Source: Vicugna vicugna
Taxonomy: Eukaryota
NCBI GenBank assembly: GCA_013265495.1
Contig: MU058781.1
Coordinates: 2,396,158 to 2,460,157 of the forward strand
Direction of reading: 5' to 3'
Length of the DNA: 64,000 nt
The translations under genes and the position numbers were made by a program. Within the stretch, counting starts at the first letter, position 1, and each line of letters opens with the position of its first letter. Shown piece by piece: positions 51,370 through 63,530 of this stretch. Under the pieces are notes generated by a model. The model was not told the origin of the DNA. It was given only the letters and a program-made list of their open reading frames with translations, and did no database searches.

Positions 51370-51655
51370 AACACCAAGATTTTTGCAAGGAAGGTTATCC
51401 TCAGTGTTGCTGAGCTCACCTACATCTGCAGTGGACAGTTCCTGGCTCCTGACAGCATCTCTCAGCTGCTTTGCCTGAGACTCTCTCGGTTGCCCAAACT
51501 ATGCCAACTTGTGTAGCCAGCATGCAGGGCAGCTGGGAATACTGGAGATGTAACACCCTGAGGGAAAATGCAATCGGCCAAGGATGGAAGTAGGAGGATA
51601 AATTACTCCTCCCACTGCATTCCTTCCTTGGACTAGAGAACCCAAACTAAGACAT
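51370..51655 (+). mobile_element. ERVL LTR16-like
   Basis: 'catctgcagtggacagttcc', 'ggaggataaattactcc', ends 'gaacccaaactaagaca'. Confidence 0.7.
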
Positions 51656-53049
51656 TTAGCAAATAGGAAAGTGGAATTGCAAGCCAGCTACTGCCCAGTC
51701 TGTTGTTGCTGTGGTTGTTTTTAGCCAAATTGTATCCTCAGACCAGAAGTTTGTTGGAGCATCAAGGGATGAACAGCCTTGACAATGGAACATTGGGCAA
51801 ATATGACTCCGGATAATCCACCAGAGTATGGAAGTACTGGAATGGAAAAGGAACTCACCAGCCTTGTACAACAGGCCCTGGCAAACAGAACAGACACTGT
51901 GAAATTTTAAGCCACAAATGGCACAAATTACATTGGAACTAAAGAGTATGTGTCATTGTTGGCTCTTTACAGAATAAATGAAATGCAAGCTGAGCAAATC
52001 TAAAAGGCAACTCATTTACTCTCTTTCTGAGGAAGCCACCTGTGGGTTTCTGTTCATTGGTACAAAGAGCACCATAAGTGGTTATACAATGGGTCTCCAT
52101 GTATTTCCTATGTGTACTACCACTGAGCTAAACCAAGCATTCAAGGGAAAATAAAACAGTAAATGCATGTTAAAAAATGATTTTATTAAAGAAACATTTC
52201 ACTTCGTCAAAAGAGAAATAACCACATTGAACGCACCAGAAAATGCTGAAAACACTATTTTGTCACAGTCCTAAATAGCTGGTTCTAGTCTAAATGATTG
52301 ATTAGAAGTTAATCAGTCATAAACAATCAAGCAAATGCCCCCTTGAACACTTACTTAATAAGCAGTCGCATGCAATTCACCCCACAGAAACATGGCATCC
52401 AAAACTTTACTTCGGATGCGAGGGCAGATGCTTTGGCTCAAGAAACTCACAAGCGACTCAGCTACTCAAACCAAATACAATAAAGTGATTCCAGAATGAA
52501 ATTTTGGGCTTTTGTGTTCTCAAAATAAGTTAGTTTCAAGGGAGAAATATAAGCAATGTAACAAAGACAAACAAAATTAAAACAGGGGATGGTTCCAAGT
52601 GATAATGAAAGAAAAGTCAAAATTAGATGGAAAATTACCACAGCCTCACTGCACTGACAAAATTTCCCTTAATCTCTTTCTTCCATGACAACAATAGGAA
52701 AAACAGAATGATGGAGGAAGAATGGGATTATGAAAAGGTAAAGTCAAAACAAATGATTCTCTTTCCTTCCATGAAAACAAGCAATAGCAGAACAACAACA
52801 ACCAAAAAAAGCTTTGAGAAAGAAGAAAGCTAGGCGTTTCTTAATTTAGTTTGGGATGTTTCCGTTGAGATGAAGTCAGAGTATTCATTTTGTTTGTCTA
52901 CATTCTTTTCTATCTCTAAGTGTATCCATCTTATCTATTTTTGGAGTACAAGATTCTTGAGCATAAGGAATATTATTTACTTGTAGTAAACAATGGTGAA
53001 ATTTGGTGTATAAATCTAGAAGCAATTCTCTCTGCATTTATCTAAAGAG

Positions 53050-54273
53050 TTATTAATTTTTGCCATCTTGCATGTAGTGCTGAGTAATTATTGGAATGAA
53101 TGTGTTTGAGAACATGAATGGTCTGAATGCATCCCAACTTGAGGAGCACCATCCGCAGGCTTGGATGACATTGAGGGGTGTTATCCGCCAGTGAACTTGG
53201 ACGTCCACCCTGCAGTGTAGCAGAGGAGGGCTCACTATAGCACCGAAAAGAGTCTTGTAGACCTGTGTGTGCTCTGCACAGCCATTAGGGAGCGAGTCAG
53301 ACGTAGAGACCAGTTTTATTGATCTTTAAGGATTAATATTTCAAATCCTTGACCTTTATAAAAAAAAACGTAATGTGAAAATGTTCGAATGCTTAAATAT
53401 GTTGTGTGGTACATAATGAACCCATTTGGAGGTATTTAAATATTATTTCAGCTTACAAAATATTTTTTTTGTGTGTTTAGGGCAGTGCGTGATGCATTGC
53501 ACATGCAAAAACAGGAATTAGGCTCTCAGTGATTTTACACTCCAGTGGAGAAGACATAGTGTCCGTTTTTTATGGAAGGTAGTAGATAACAACATGTATT
53601 CAGAAAACAAGTTAAAAATAATCTGGAGGGTAGGAGGTACAAAAGAGGGAGAGATCCAGAATGACTCCTGGGCTTCTGGTCCACGTTTCTGTGTGGATGG
53701 CGGAACCATTTGCTGAGATGGGAAAGGGAATGTCCCACAAGGAACAGGGATTTAGGGGAGGATAATGAACTTATTTGTGAGTTGCTATTGATGACAATGA
53801 AGACAGTGTGGGATACGTGGCCCCAAGAGTGGTCCTAAAATCGAAAAAGTCATTGATGTTACCGTGCATTTTTGGCATTTGGCTTATTGTACAAAATGAA
53901 ATGAAATCTTTCAGCCACACACACACATTCACACATTACTCATGTCTAAAGGACCCTGTGTCTGTAGTTCAGTGCAGGAGGCTGTTTGTCCCCTTGGAGT
54001 ACAAAGCAGCTGTTCTGACTTCTGTGTCTTCATCGAGGGTTGTCATCTCCTCTGTGGTCAGAGTACTGTCTATTTACTGCTCCTCCAACCACATTTAAGT
54101 TGCTGCCAGGGCTTAAGTAACCACTTATCTCTTCAGCTCTCTACTGAGTCATTTCTTTCTTGACCTGTTTCTGGCCAAACTTTTAATGACGTTTCTTGGC
54201 CGCCAAGCAAACACACAGGCCAGTGCAAATAGGTTTTCTCAATGTCACCATCAACCGCAGTGCTCCAGGGGAC
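53050..54273 (-). pseudogene. Two candidate decayed exons (acceptors at 54273 and 53209; donors unclear)
   Basis: cccctgttgctatgacag and ctcctctgctacactgcag acceptors; W-rich frames (IEKTYLHW, CFAWR, RDKWLLKPWQQ, ARWQK); L2 fragment in the intervening intron (about 53560-53790). Confidence 0.25.
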
Positions 54274-54790
54274 CTGTCATAGCAACAGGGCTCTGGCCTC
54301 CACTCAGTGAGTGAGCTGAAAGCTGTGAGTTGTGTGGGCTCAGCCTCAGGTTGGCTGGAGGTTTTGTCCTGGTCCTTCCCAATTTCAGTTGCTTCAGAAG
54401 TCTGAAGTTTTCAAGTGTCTCGGTTTCTGAAAACCATGCTTTTATTGCATGTTATTTCTGAATTTGATGTTTTTACTAAAGGCAAGCATGTTCAGATATA
54501 AAAGTTATTTTTCTACCTTAGCTTCTGCCAAGAAGTTCTTGAAATGATGATTCTTATGCCATAATAAATCCGGGGGAAAAAAATAGCAAATAGAAACTAC
54601 CCTAGTTTTACATTTGGAAGGGACTTGTAAGCCGTGTTCAGGAGGCTAAGCTGTGTTCTGAAAGCAAAGAAAAGCCCCAGAAGGTTTTGGATAGAAAATG
54701 ACAGACTCTTCCTCTTTCCCTTGTTCCTCTCCCACCAAGATTTTTTTTTTCCACCAAGATTTTTAAAAAAGCAGGTTTAAGAAATTTTAC

Positions 54791-55130
54791 CCTGAGAAGG
54801 AAACACTGTACTCTGGACCCCACTGTTTCTCTGAAAGTGGCTTCAGTGTGCCCTTTGCCATTGGTTTCTGTAGGAGTTAAGAGGATAATCACTCCAGATG
54901 ACTGTGAGACCAGCTCACATGGTTTGTTTTTTGTTTCATCCACACCAGAACATTCCCTGCGTGCACTATGATCATCCACGTCCGTTTTCCACTTCCTGTG
55001 TGCCTTTCTCCCTCCTAGTGGACGTGTGGTGCCTTATTCTTTTACCACTCAGCTCAACTAGGGCCGTTCAGAAAGTAGTCTCACTTCCCTCGTCCGAGTC
55101 GTCGTATCATTGACAAGACGTCTCCATTGT
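54791..55130 (-). pseudogene. Candidate decayed exon
   Basis: AGG|GTAAAA donor; one frame LQWRRLV...RKAHRKWKT...VQCFLLR with three stops; acceptor not identified. Confidence 0.3.
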
Positions 55131-55607
55131 AGTTCTCATCATGCAGGATTGAGGTTATTGTGTGTGGCCCTCACGTGGATAGGGAGACCTGCTCTGTGTG
55201 TCCCCGGAAACCTGTAAGGGCCCTGACACTTCATAGACTCAATAAGCGTTTGTGGAATGGGACAGAACTCATTGAATTAAATAAGGATAACTGGGCATGT
55301 CTACCCACTGTGAGATAAAATGATTATCACCAGCATTATCAGACCAGTGATGGTGGACAATGAAATATCAAAGAAGCATATCCCAACTCCCTAAATTTCA
55401 GCAGCTGTGCTCCCTACCAAAGGATATACAGTAAAAAGAGGAAACAGAAAGAGGGAATCCGTGATTTACACCAAGCCAGTAACAGGAAAAGAAATAAACA
55501 TGGATGAAAGGAAAAAGAAAATAATTATCAGTGTTGCCATTTATCCCAGCTCAGGCCTTGTCTTTTTCCAAAATCAGCCCTTTTTTGTATGAGGACCTTT
55601 TTCATAC

Positions 55608-55833
55608 CTGTCGCAGAACAGCCCTTGGTCAGGTCAGGCCCTCCCTCTGCCGTCAGACACACCTCTCCTGGCCGGAGCCGGGACGGCGCAGCCGCCACTT
55701 GGTTGGCGTACACCTGTTCTTCTTGCTTGAGTTCTCGGTCTCTGATACTCTTTTTCTGCACATTCAATAGTATTTTCTGTCACTCATTCTCTGGGACTTT
55801 GTCAATTTCCTGTTCTATTTGGTGTGTTGTTTT
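55608..55833 (-). pseudogene. Candidate decayed exon (226 nt), coiled-coil-like
   Basis: CAG|GTATGA donor, weak tatcatatag acceptor; KTTHQIEQEIDKVPENE*QKILLNVQKKSIRDRELKQEEQ... with one stop; CpG-rich 3' half. Confidence 0.35.
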
Positions 55834-55974
55834 CTATATGATAACTGGTTTTCCTTATTTCAAACTGATTAATGGAAAACTCAGCATTTTCTACACATCA
55901 TTTTTGAACAATGAGTTAAAGCATCATTCTACAGGGTTTGCCAATTATTTTGTATGTGTTGCTTAAGAAATAAT

Positions 55975-56120
55975 GCACCAAAAAAAAAAGTAAATATGTG
56001 AGGTGATGATGTATTAATTAACTCAGTAGGGGAATCCTTTCACAATGTAGACATATGTCAAATCATCACATTGCACACTTTCAAATTTTGTCCCTTATAC
56101 CTCAAAAAAGCTAGGGGAAA
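55975..56120 (+). mobile_element. L1MA-type extreme 3' end
   Basis: 'aatatgtgaggtgatgatgtattaattaact..tttcacaatgtagacatatgtcaaatcatcacattgcacac'. Confidence 0.85.
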
Positions 56121-56574
56121 ATAATCCAAATTAGTCAATTAATTTCTAAAGGAACTTAAAATTTTAAAGGCAATATACCTTAGTGCTTCTTTATTTTTTA
56201 ATGAAATAATTGTAACCCATTATAGTACCAGAGATCTTTTAAAATTCTTATGTTTGTCATTAGGTTAGAAAGACAGATAGATGAGTATAGATATGATCAA
56301 ATGATTGACCTGGAGAAGAAGTGTGATACTTTGAAAACTTATGTGAAGTAGTTGTCCATTTTTTAATTGGTGTGTTTTCTTCTGAATTCTATTATCTATA
56401 GTCAATATATATTATAATATGAATTATTATTTGTCTTATATAAGGCAAATATTTCCCCCGTTTGAAATTTGCCTTATAACTGTGAATGACACACTGGACA
56501 TAGTTATTTAAAATGCTTGTGTTATTTAACTGATAAATATTGTTCTCTACAAGGTCTTGCTTTTATGTCATGGA

Positions 56575-57997
56575 GAAGGCTTTTCCATGAAGCTTTAAGC
56601 TCCAGGCTCCTTACTTGCCTAAAAGTCCTTTTCAGAGTTCTGGAAGGGAGCCTGATAATGTGTTAACATGGGCATAATAAGCCTTTTCAAAACTCAAATA
56701 TTTTAATCATATTCAGTCTCTTTTCGCTCTCACTTCCTCTCCATTACATACACTGAACTTTATGTCAGAGAGACTATGTGCATTTAACCAAGGAAAGTTA
56801 AGTTCAGGATACATTGAGTTCAGTGGGAGGTGTTTGTATGGTTTGCTCTCATTTCTGAGTGTAGTTTTAGTTCCTGCTACTGTGTCTCTGTAGGAAGGGC
56901 TTCCAGGAAGAGGCACAATATGTTTGAAATGTACAGAACCAGGAACAAGTCTGTGGAAGATCCTCGCATGTAAAACGACAACCACAGGGCTTGGTTCTCA
57001 GCAATGCCCGGTCATGACAGAAGTCTTCTCTCGATAATGAGTGTGAATAATTAAAAACTGATAATGCAGCATATGTAATTTCTTAATGTCTGATAATAAA
57101 ATTGTGTTATTTCTATATAATATCAATAAAAATTATTCTGACATTAAAAAGAAAATTGTAATTTTAAAAACTCAATTCTGAAAAGATAATTCACTATAAG
57201 AAAGAAGTAGTGAATAAGTCCTAGGATTGTTTGATTTTCCAGTTAAGGAGAAAAAGTGAATAATATTAACAAATTGGAAAAAAATTTATGTTTTTTGCTA
57301 TTTTGTCAGGAAATACTAACATCAAGGACGATAACATAATACAACAACACAGTGCCATCAGGTAAAGTGGTTAAATGAACGTAACCAATTCAAAAGTGTT
57401 TTAAGATTATACTCTACAGGGGGGAGGGAGTAGCTCAGTGGTAAAGTGCGTGCCTAGCATGCACAAGGTCCTGGGTTCAATCCTCAGTACCTCCATTTTA
57501 AAAAAAATATTTAAATAAATAAACTTAATTACCTCCCCCAACCTACAAAAAAAAGATTATACTCTACAGAAGAAAACTTGAAATGAACTAATGTCTTCCA
57601 ATTTATATATGAAAGAAACTTGTTAGAGATTTTCCCAAATTCGGCAACAGTACTAAAAACTTCCATGATACTATCCATTATGAGTCATAAAGTCATAGGA
57701 AACTTTTCTTATCTATCAAAAATGATATTTTAAAAATCATTGGCATATGAAGCAGCAATACAGCCCAAAAATGTAGGAGAAAAGTGTTACAGTGTCAAGC
57801 AGTTAATTAATACGAATCTTATTTTCTTCCAGATTTTATAATGTCTGTGATAATTTATCAACTTTGTTTTCTTGTTCATAACAGATACTCATTTTTGTTT
57901 TCTAATTTTGCATTTATATCTTTACATTGTCTTGTTTAATGAAAACTCTAAAATTGATTAAGCTTAGGCCTCACAAAACTTGGATACAACATCTGTA
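56575..57997 (+). mobile_element. hAT-Tip100 Zaphod/MER115-like element with transposase C-terminal remnant
   Basis: Ends 'ccatgaagctttaagctccagg' / 'aagcttaggcctcacaaaacttggatac'; 57614-57720 reads RNLLEIFPNSATVLKTSMILSIMSHKVIGNFSYL, similar to the hAT dimerisation motif. Confidence 0.7.
57420..57552 (+). mobile_element. Camelid tRNA-derived SINE (Vic-1 type)
   Basis: GGGGAGGGAGTAGCTCAGTGG..GGTCCTGGGTTCAATCC; perfect 17-bp TSD aagattatactctacag (57403-57419 / 57553-57569). Confidence 0.95.
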
Positions 57998-59600
57998 TCA
58001 TACTTTGAGAATTCTTCTTAACTATAAACATGATTTTCTATATTCAAAATCTTTACTCTATCAGGAATTTATTTTTGATTATGGTATAGAGTGGGAAATT
58101 TGCCTTTTTTTCAGATTGTTAACCAGTTGTTTCAACATCACTTTAAAATAATACATATTTTTTTCCTATTGCTAACAAAAGTCACTTTAACATATATTAA
58201 ATTCTTGAGTATGCTTGGAATTCTAGGATTCTTGTTCTGTTCATTGTTCTATTATTCCAGTACTGCTGTTTTAATTATTATATTTTGATAATTTATTTTG
58301 AAAAATATGAGAGAAAATCTCATCTCAATCTTAGTTTTCAAAATTTTCTTGGTTATTGAAGTTTATTTATTTTTCTAATTTGAACTTTGAAATAACTCCA
58401 TTATGTGTTATGAAAAGACATTCATTAGAATTCTGATACTTGTAATTAATTTAGCAAAAACTGACATCTTAATATTGAGTCTTCTTATCTGGCAGCGTTA
58501 TTGTTGTGTAGTTGTCCGTGTCCCTTGGAAAATGTTGTAAATGTTTTCTTGTGGATCCTGTGTATTTCTTATTAAGTATATGTCTAGATAACTTACTCCT
58601 GTTGCGGTTATGACGGGCTCTCTGCATGGTTATCAATGGTTATTATAGAAAAACTGTTTTGTAATTTATATGTGTGTATGTTTTGTAAATGGTCATTTTA
58701 CTGAATTTTTTAATTTAAGAATTTTCCTGCTGCAAACATTGATACCATTAATACTCTCATACATCTGAAAGTTTTACAATTCATTTAGCTTTTCTGTCAT
58801 ATTGGCTAAGATTCCAGCATCACAAAATAATAATTAACTGTTTACATCAAGTATTTATGCCTTCTATAGGAATGCTTCTGAAACAGATATATTGAGAGAG
58901 AGAGAGGAGATCCATCGAAGTATCTATGTATCTGTGTGTATGTTTGTATATATGTATGTGTGAATATATACGCATGTATATGAAATGTTGAAGGAATATT
59001 CTTTCTAGTTTCCTTAAATAATTTATCAAAAAATGGATGTTGAATTAACTTGGGCACTTTTGGAGGATATCTTTTGATATAATCCTTTTATTTTTATCAT
59101 TTGTATCTACTACATTAACAGATTTTTTGCAAAGCCATCCTTAATTCCAAGAATAAACCCTACTGTGCTAGTAATTTGTTGTTCTTTTAATACATCTGGA
59201 TTGATGATATTTTATTTGGAATTTTTTCTCCTCTATAATCATAAGTGAAATTTAGCCGTAGTTTTCTTTCATTGTGATAATTTTATCAGGTTTTGGTATA
59301 AGGTTAAAATAATCTGGGAAGATTTCCATCTTTCTTTATTCTCTGGGATATTTTAAATTGCAAAAGAACTCTATAATTTCAGAGTCTAAAATAACATCTA
59401 TAAAATCATCTGGTTTTGGCAAATTTGGGGGATAATTATCATCTTTTTCAATTTTATTCATGGTGAATCTTCTGCATATTGAGCCAGTTTTGGTTATTTA
59501 TATATTCCATGCTGACAATCTATTTCATCATGATAATCTAACTCACTTGCATGAAGTTTTATAGAAAAGTGTCTCCCAATGTTTTATCCATGCATCCTAT
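57998..59600 (-). mobile_element. Ancient L1M ORF2 remnant
   Basis: 'ccagttgtttcaacatcacttt', 'ctgacatcttaatattgagtcttct', 'aaatggatgttgaatt', 'tcaggttttggtataaggt'. Confidence 0.65.
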
Positions 59601-59821
59601 CAATTAAAAATGTTTGAGTGAGCATCACAATTTACTTACTTAAGAATTGTATGTATTTACCAGTTTACTCATGGATTACCTTCATTATAAAACAAACAGT
59701 GGCAGAAAAATTTAAGGGATAAGATAAAAATGAAAAAAACTATTTTAAAACAATTTTCACATTTTTATCTTCATAATAGAATTTTTTTAAAAAAAAACCT
59801 TTATGGTCCTCTAAAATAGTT

Positions 59822-60125
59822 TCCTTTTTTCCCAGCTTTACCAATACAGTTGATGTCGTTTAAGCTTAAGGTGTACAATTAATTAATTTAGCACACTTAC
59901 ATACTGCAAAATGATTAGGGAGCATCTCCATCACATCATATAATTACATTTCTTTTTTGTGGTGAAAACAGTTAAGATCTACTCACTTAGCAGCTTTCAA
60001 AGATACGATGCAGTATTATTTGCTGTAAACACCATGCTGCCCATTAGATCCCTACAGCTTATTCATCTTATGACTGGCAGTCTGTACTCTTGGACCAGCA
60101 ACCCATTTCCCTCACCTCCCACCCA
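59822..60125 (-). mobile_element. L1MA9-like 3' end
   Basis: 'tttgtggtgaaaacagttaagatctactcacttagcagctttcaa..cattagatcccta..cttattcatctt'. Confidence 0.85.
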
Positions 60126-60390
60126 GACTGTCATAAAAACAGGCTTAATATTTTAGTACAAGTTGTGTGATTAAATAGGCTTTTTTAAAAAAATCTTGAT
60201 TTACACTTTGTGATACAGTTATCACAGGTCTTTATTCTAAATTCAATTTATTTTGATTTTTTTTCAGGGAGTTTTTTTTAATAGAAAGACAGACAAATAA
60301 TAATCCATATGCAGGTACAATTTTCTTGTCCTAGCAGGAAGTCAGAGTTTCAAATGTTTAATTTTGTTGTGCCACCCATGGTTTCTAATT

Positions 60391-60711
60391 CTTTTTTTTT
60401 ATTTGAAGTATAGTCAGTTATAATGTGTCAATTTCTATTGTACAGCATAATGTCCCAGTGATGCATATATATATTTATTTTCATATTCTTTTTCATTAAA
60501 GGTTATTACAAGATATTAAATATAGTTTCCTATCCTATACAGACATTTGGTTTTTTATCTATTTTTATATATAGTGGCTAACCTTTGCAAATCTCAAACT
60601 CCCAAATTTATGCATTCTCACCCCCTTCCTCATGGTAACTATAAAATTGTTTACTATGTCTGCGAGTCTGTTTCTGTTTTGTAGATGAGTTCATTAGTGT
60701 CCTCTTTTTTC

Positions 60712-60742
<31 letters not shown>

Positions 60743-61696
60743 AGATTCCACATATGAGTGTAATCATATGGTATTTTTCTTTCTCTTTCTGGATTACTTC
60801 ACTTAGAATGACGATCTCCAGGTCCATCCTTGTTGCTGCAAATGAAATGATTTATTCTTTTTATGGCTGAGTAGTATTCCATTGTATAAATGTACCACAA
60901 TTTCTTTATCTAGTCATCTGTCGATGGACATTTAGATTGCTTCCATATCTCAGCTATTATATATAGTGCTGCTATGAACATTAGGGTGCATATATCTTTT
61001 TGAATCAGAGTTCTCTCTGGATATATGCCCAGGAGTGGGATTGTTGGATCATATGGTAAGTCTATTTTTAGTTTTTTGAGGAATCTCCATACTGTCTTCT
61101 ATCATGGCTGCACCAAACTACATTCCCACCAACAGTGTATGAGGGTTCCTTTTTCTCCACTCCCTCTCCAGCATTTATCTTTTGTGGACTTTTGAATGAT
61201 GGCCATTCTGACTGGTGTGAGGTGATACTTCATTGTAGTTTTGATTTGCATTTCTCTGATAATTAGTGATATTGAGCATTTTTTCATGTGCCTATTGGCC
61301 ATTTGTGTGTCTTCATTGGAGAATTGCTTGCTTAGGTCTTCTGCCCATTTTTGGATTGGGTTTTTTTCTGTTACGTTGTATGAGCTGTTTATATATTCTG
61401 GAGATTAAGCCTTTGTCAGTTGCATCAATTGCAAATATTTTCTCCCATTCCGTACGTTGTTGTTTTGTTTTGCTTATGGTTTCCTTTGCTGTGCAAATCT
61501 TACAAGCTTAATTAGGTCCCATTTGTTTATTTTTGTTTTCATTCCTATTGCCTGGGTAGACTGCCCTAGGAGAACACTGCTAAGATTTATGTCAGAGAAT
61601 GTTTTGCCTATGTTTTTTTCTAAGAAGTTTATCGTGTCTTGTCTTATATTTAAGTCTTTAAGCCATTTTGAGTTTATTTTTGTGTGTGGTGTGAGG
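60391..61696 (-). mobile_element. Relatively young 5'-truncated camelid-type L1
   Basis: Poly-T at 60392; ORF 61102..61302 [41 protein letters not shown] is the L1 ORF2 C-terminus. Confidence 0.95.
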
Positions 61697-62549
61697 ATAC
61701 CTCACAGAAACACATAGGTCCAAATTGGAAAAAATAGATGCATCATTGGCAAGCTTACTAAATTATTATATTCATCTTGTCTAATTCATTATAGTCAATT
61801 ATATAGACACTGATAAACTATTAGGAAATTTTCACTTTCCCTAAAGCCAATTAGTTTTAATATAATCAGAAGTTGAATTTTTATATTTTTAACAAATGAA
61901 TTTTAAAACCACTGGGACTATATATTTTGAATATTTTTAAAGTAGGTTAAGTCATTTTGTATCTAGGTTTTGAAAGTATGCATATACAAGAAATTTTATG
62001 TGACAAGTTTTCAGCAACAAAATTATGGAATGGTAGAAACATTTCCAGACATTGATTCTTTAAAATGCTCTCTCCATAGCAGAAGTTTCTTTCAAAAGCA
62101 GTTACTTTCTATTTCCTTGTTAAAATATCATCTTTACTTTCAAGTGGTAGATTGTGCTAATATTTTTTTCAGTGGCTTCTGAGTTGATACAACTCATGGC
62201 CTTTTACCTTGGCAGAAATGGTCACCAAATTTGGAATACTTGTCTTAATAAAGGAAACATACATAACTCACCAATAGTTTAAATCAATGTTCTCAAATTT
62301 AAGTCTCAGATGTCTTCCAAGAGGAAATGAAATCCCATGTACTTTACTAATTTTTAGGTCAACATCTTATAGTTTCCATTAAAAGTTTATAAATTTGCGA
62401 AGATATGATTTGTGGAATTTGACTTTTAAAACCATATTAAAATTATTGACATTTTAAAGATGAAACTTAAATCACATTATATCCAGTGGCATCTCAATAG
62501 CATAATAACTTGATAACCATCACCATCTATTTTTTAAAATATCTGAGTC

Positions 62550-63530
62550 AACTCAATCAAAAAATGGACAGAAGACCTAAATAGACATTTCTCTAAAGAC
62601 ATTCACATGGCCAATAAGCACATGAAAAGATACTCAACATCACTAATTATTAGAGAAATGCAAATCAAAACCAAAATGAAGTATCACCTCACACAAGTCA
62701 GATGGTTATAATCAAGAACTCTGAAAATGATAAATGCTGGAGAGGGTATGGAGAAAAGGGACCTCTCCTACACTGTTGGTGGGAATATAAATTGGTGCAG
62801 CCACTATGGAAAACAATATGGAGGTTCCTTAAAAATCTAAAACTAGAGCCACCATATGATCCAGCAATCTCACTCCTCGGCATATATTCAGAAAAGATGA
62901 AAACTAATTAAAAAAGATATATGCACCCCAGTGTTCATAGCAGTACTATTTACAATAGCCGAGATATGAAAACAATCCAAGTGCCCATCAACAGACTATT
63001 GGTTTAAGAAGATGTGGTGTATACATACTATGGAATATTACTCTGCCATAAAAAACAATGAACTTTTACCATTTACAGCAACATGAATGGACCTAGGTAT
63101 ATCATACTAAGTGAAGTAAGTTAGATAGAGAAAGACAAATATTATATATTATTTATATGTGGAATCTAAAAAATAATACAAATGACTCTATATATAAAAC
63201 AGAAACAGACTCACAGACATGGAAAACAAAGGCTACCAAAGAGGAAAGGGAGAGGGGAGGGATAAATTAGGAATATGGGATTAACAGATAAAATCAACTA
63301 CACATAAAACAGGCAAGCAACAAGATCCTACTGTATAGCATAGGGAACTGTATTCAATATCTTGCATACCTATAATGGAATACCTATAATGGAAAATATG
63401 TTGTATACCTATAATGGAAAATAATCTGAAATATATATATGTATATATATGTATATATATGGCTGAATCACTTTGCTGTACACTTGAAACTAACATAGTA
63501 TTGCAAATTAACTGTACTTCAATTAAAAAT
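62550..63530 (+). mobile_element. 5'-truncated cetartiodactyl-type L1
   Basis: ORF 62702..62911 [41 protein letters not shown]; 3'UTR ends 'actgtacttcaattaaaaa'; degenerate TSD atatctgagtc/atatatgaatc. Confidence 0.93.

Noticed and set aside
51859..51877. 19-nt minus-strand micro-exon (tgtttgccag ... CTG|GTGAGT)
   Set aside because: Splice signals are good, but it is too short to evaluate and has no frame evidence.
54733..54765. Short direct repeats (ccaccaagattttt x2; also 8567-8590 and 26342-26361)
   Set aside because: These are ordinary slippage duplications with no further structure.
11845..55833. Assigning a gene symbol (SFI1, C1orf167, CCDC191) to the minus-strand exon series
   Set aside because: Similarity is motif-level and from memory, the frames are disrupted, and orthology cannot be shown without a search.
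61102..61302. Functional reverse-transcriptase element (also 62702-62911 and 44085-44494)
   Set aside because: These are 5'-truncated L1 fragments with stops and only the ORF2 C-terminus.
62283..62549. hAT-Charlie element interrupted by the last L1
   Set aside because: Only a TIR-like start (caatgttctcaaa) is recognisable; the family and the far end could not be supported.
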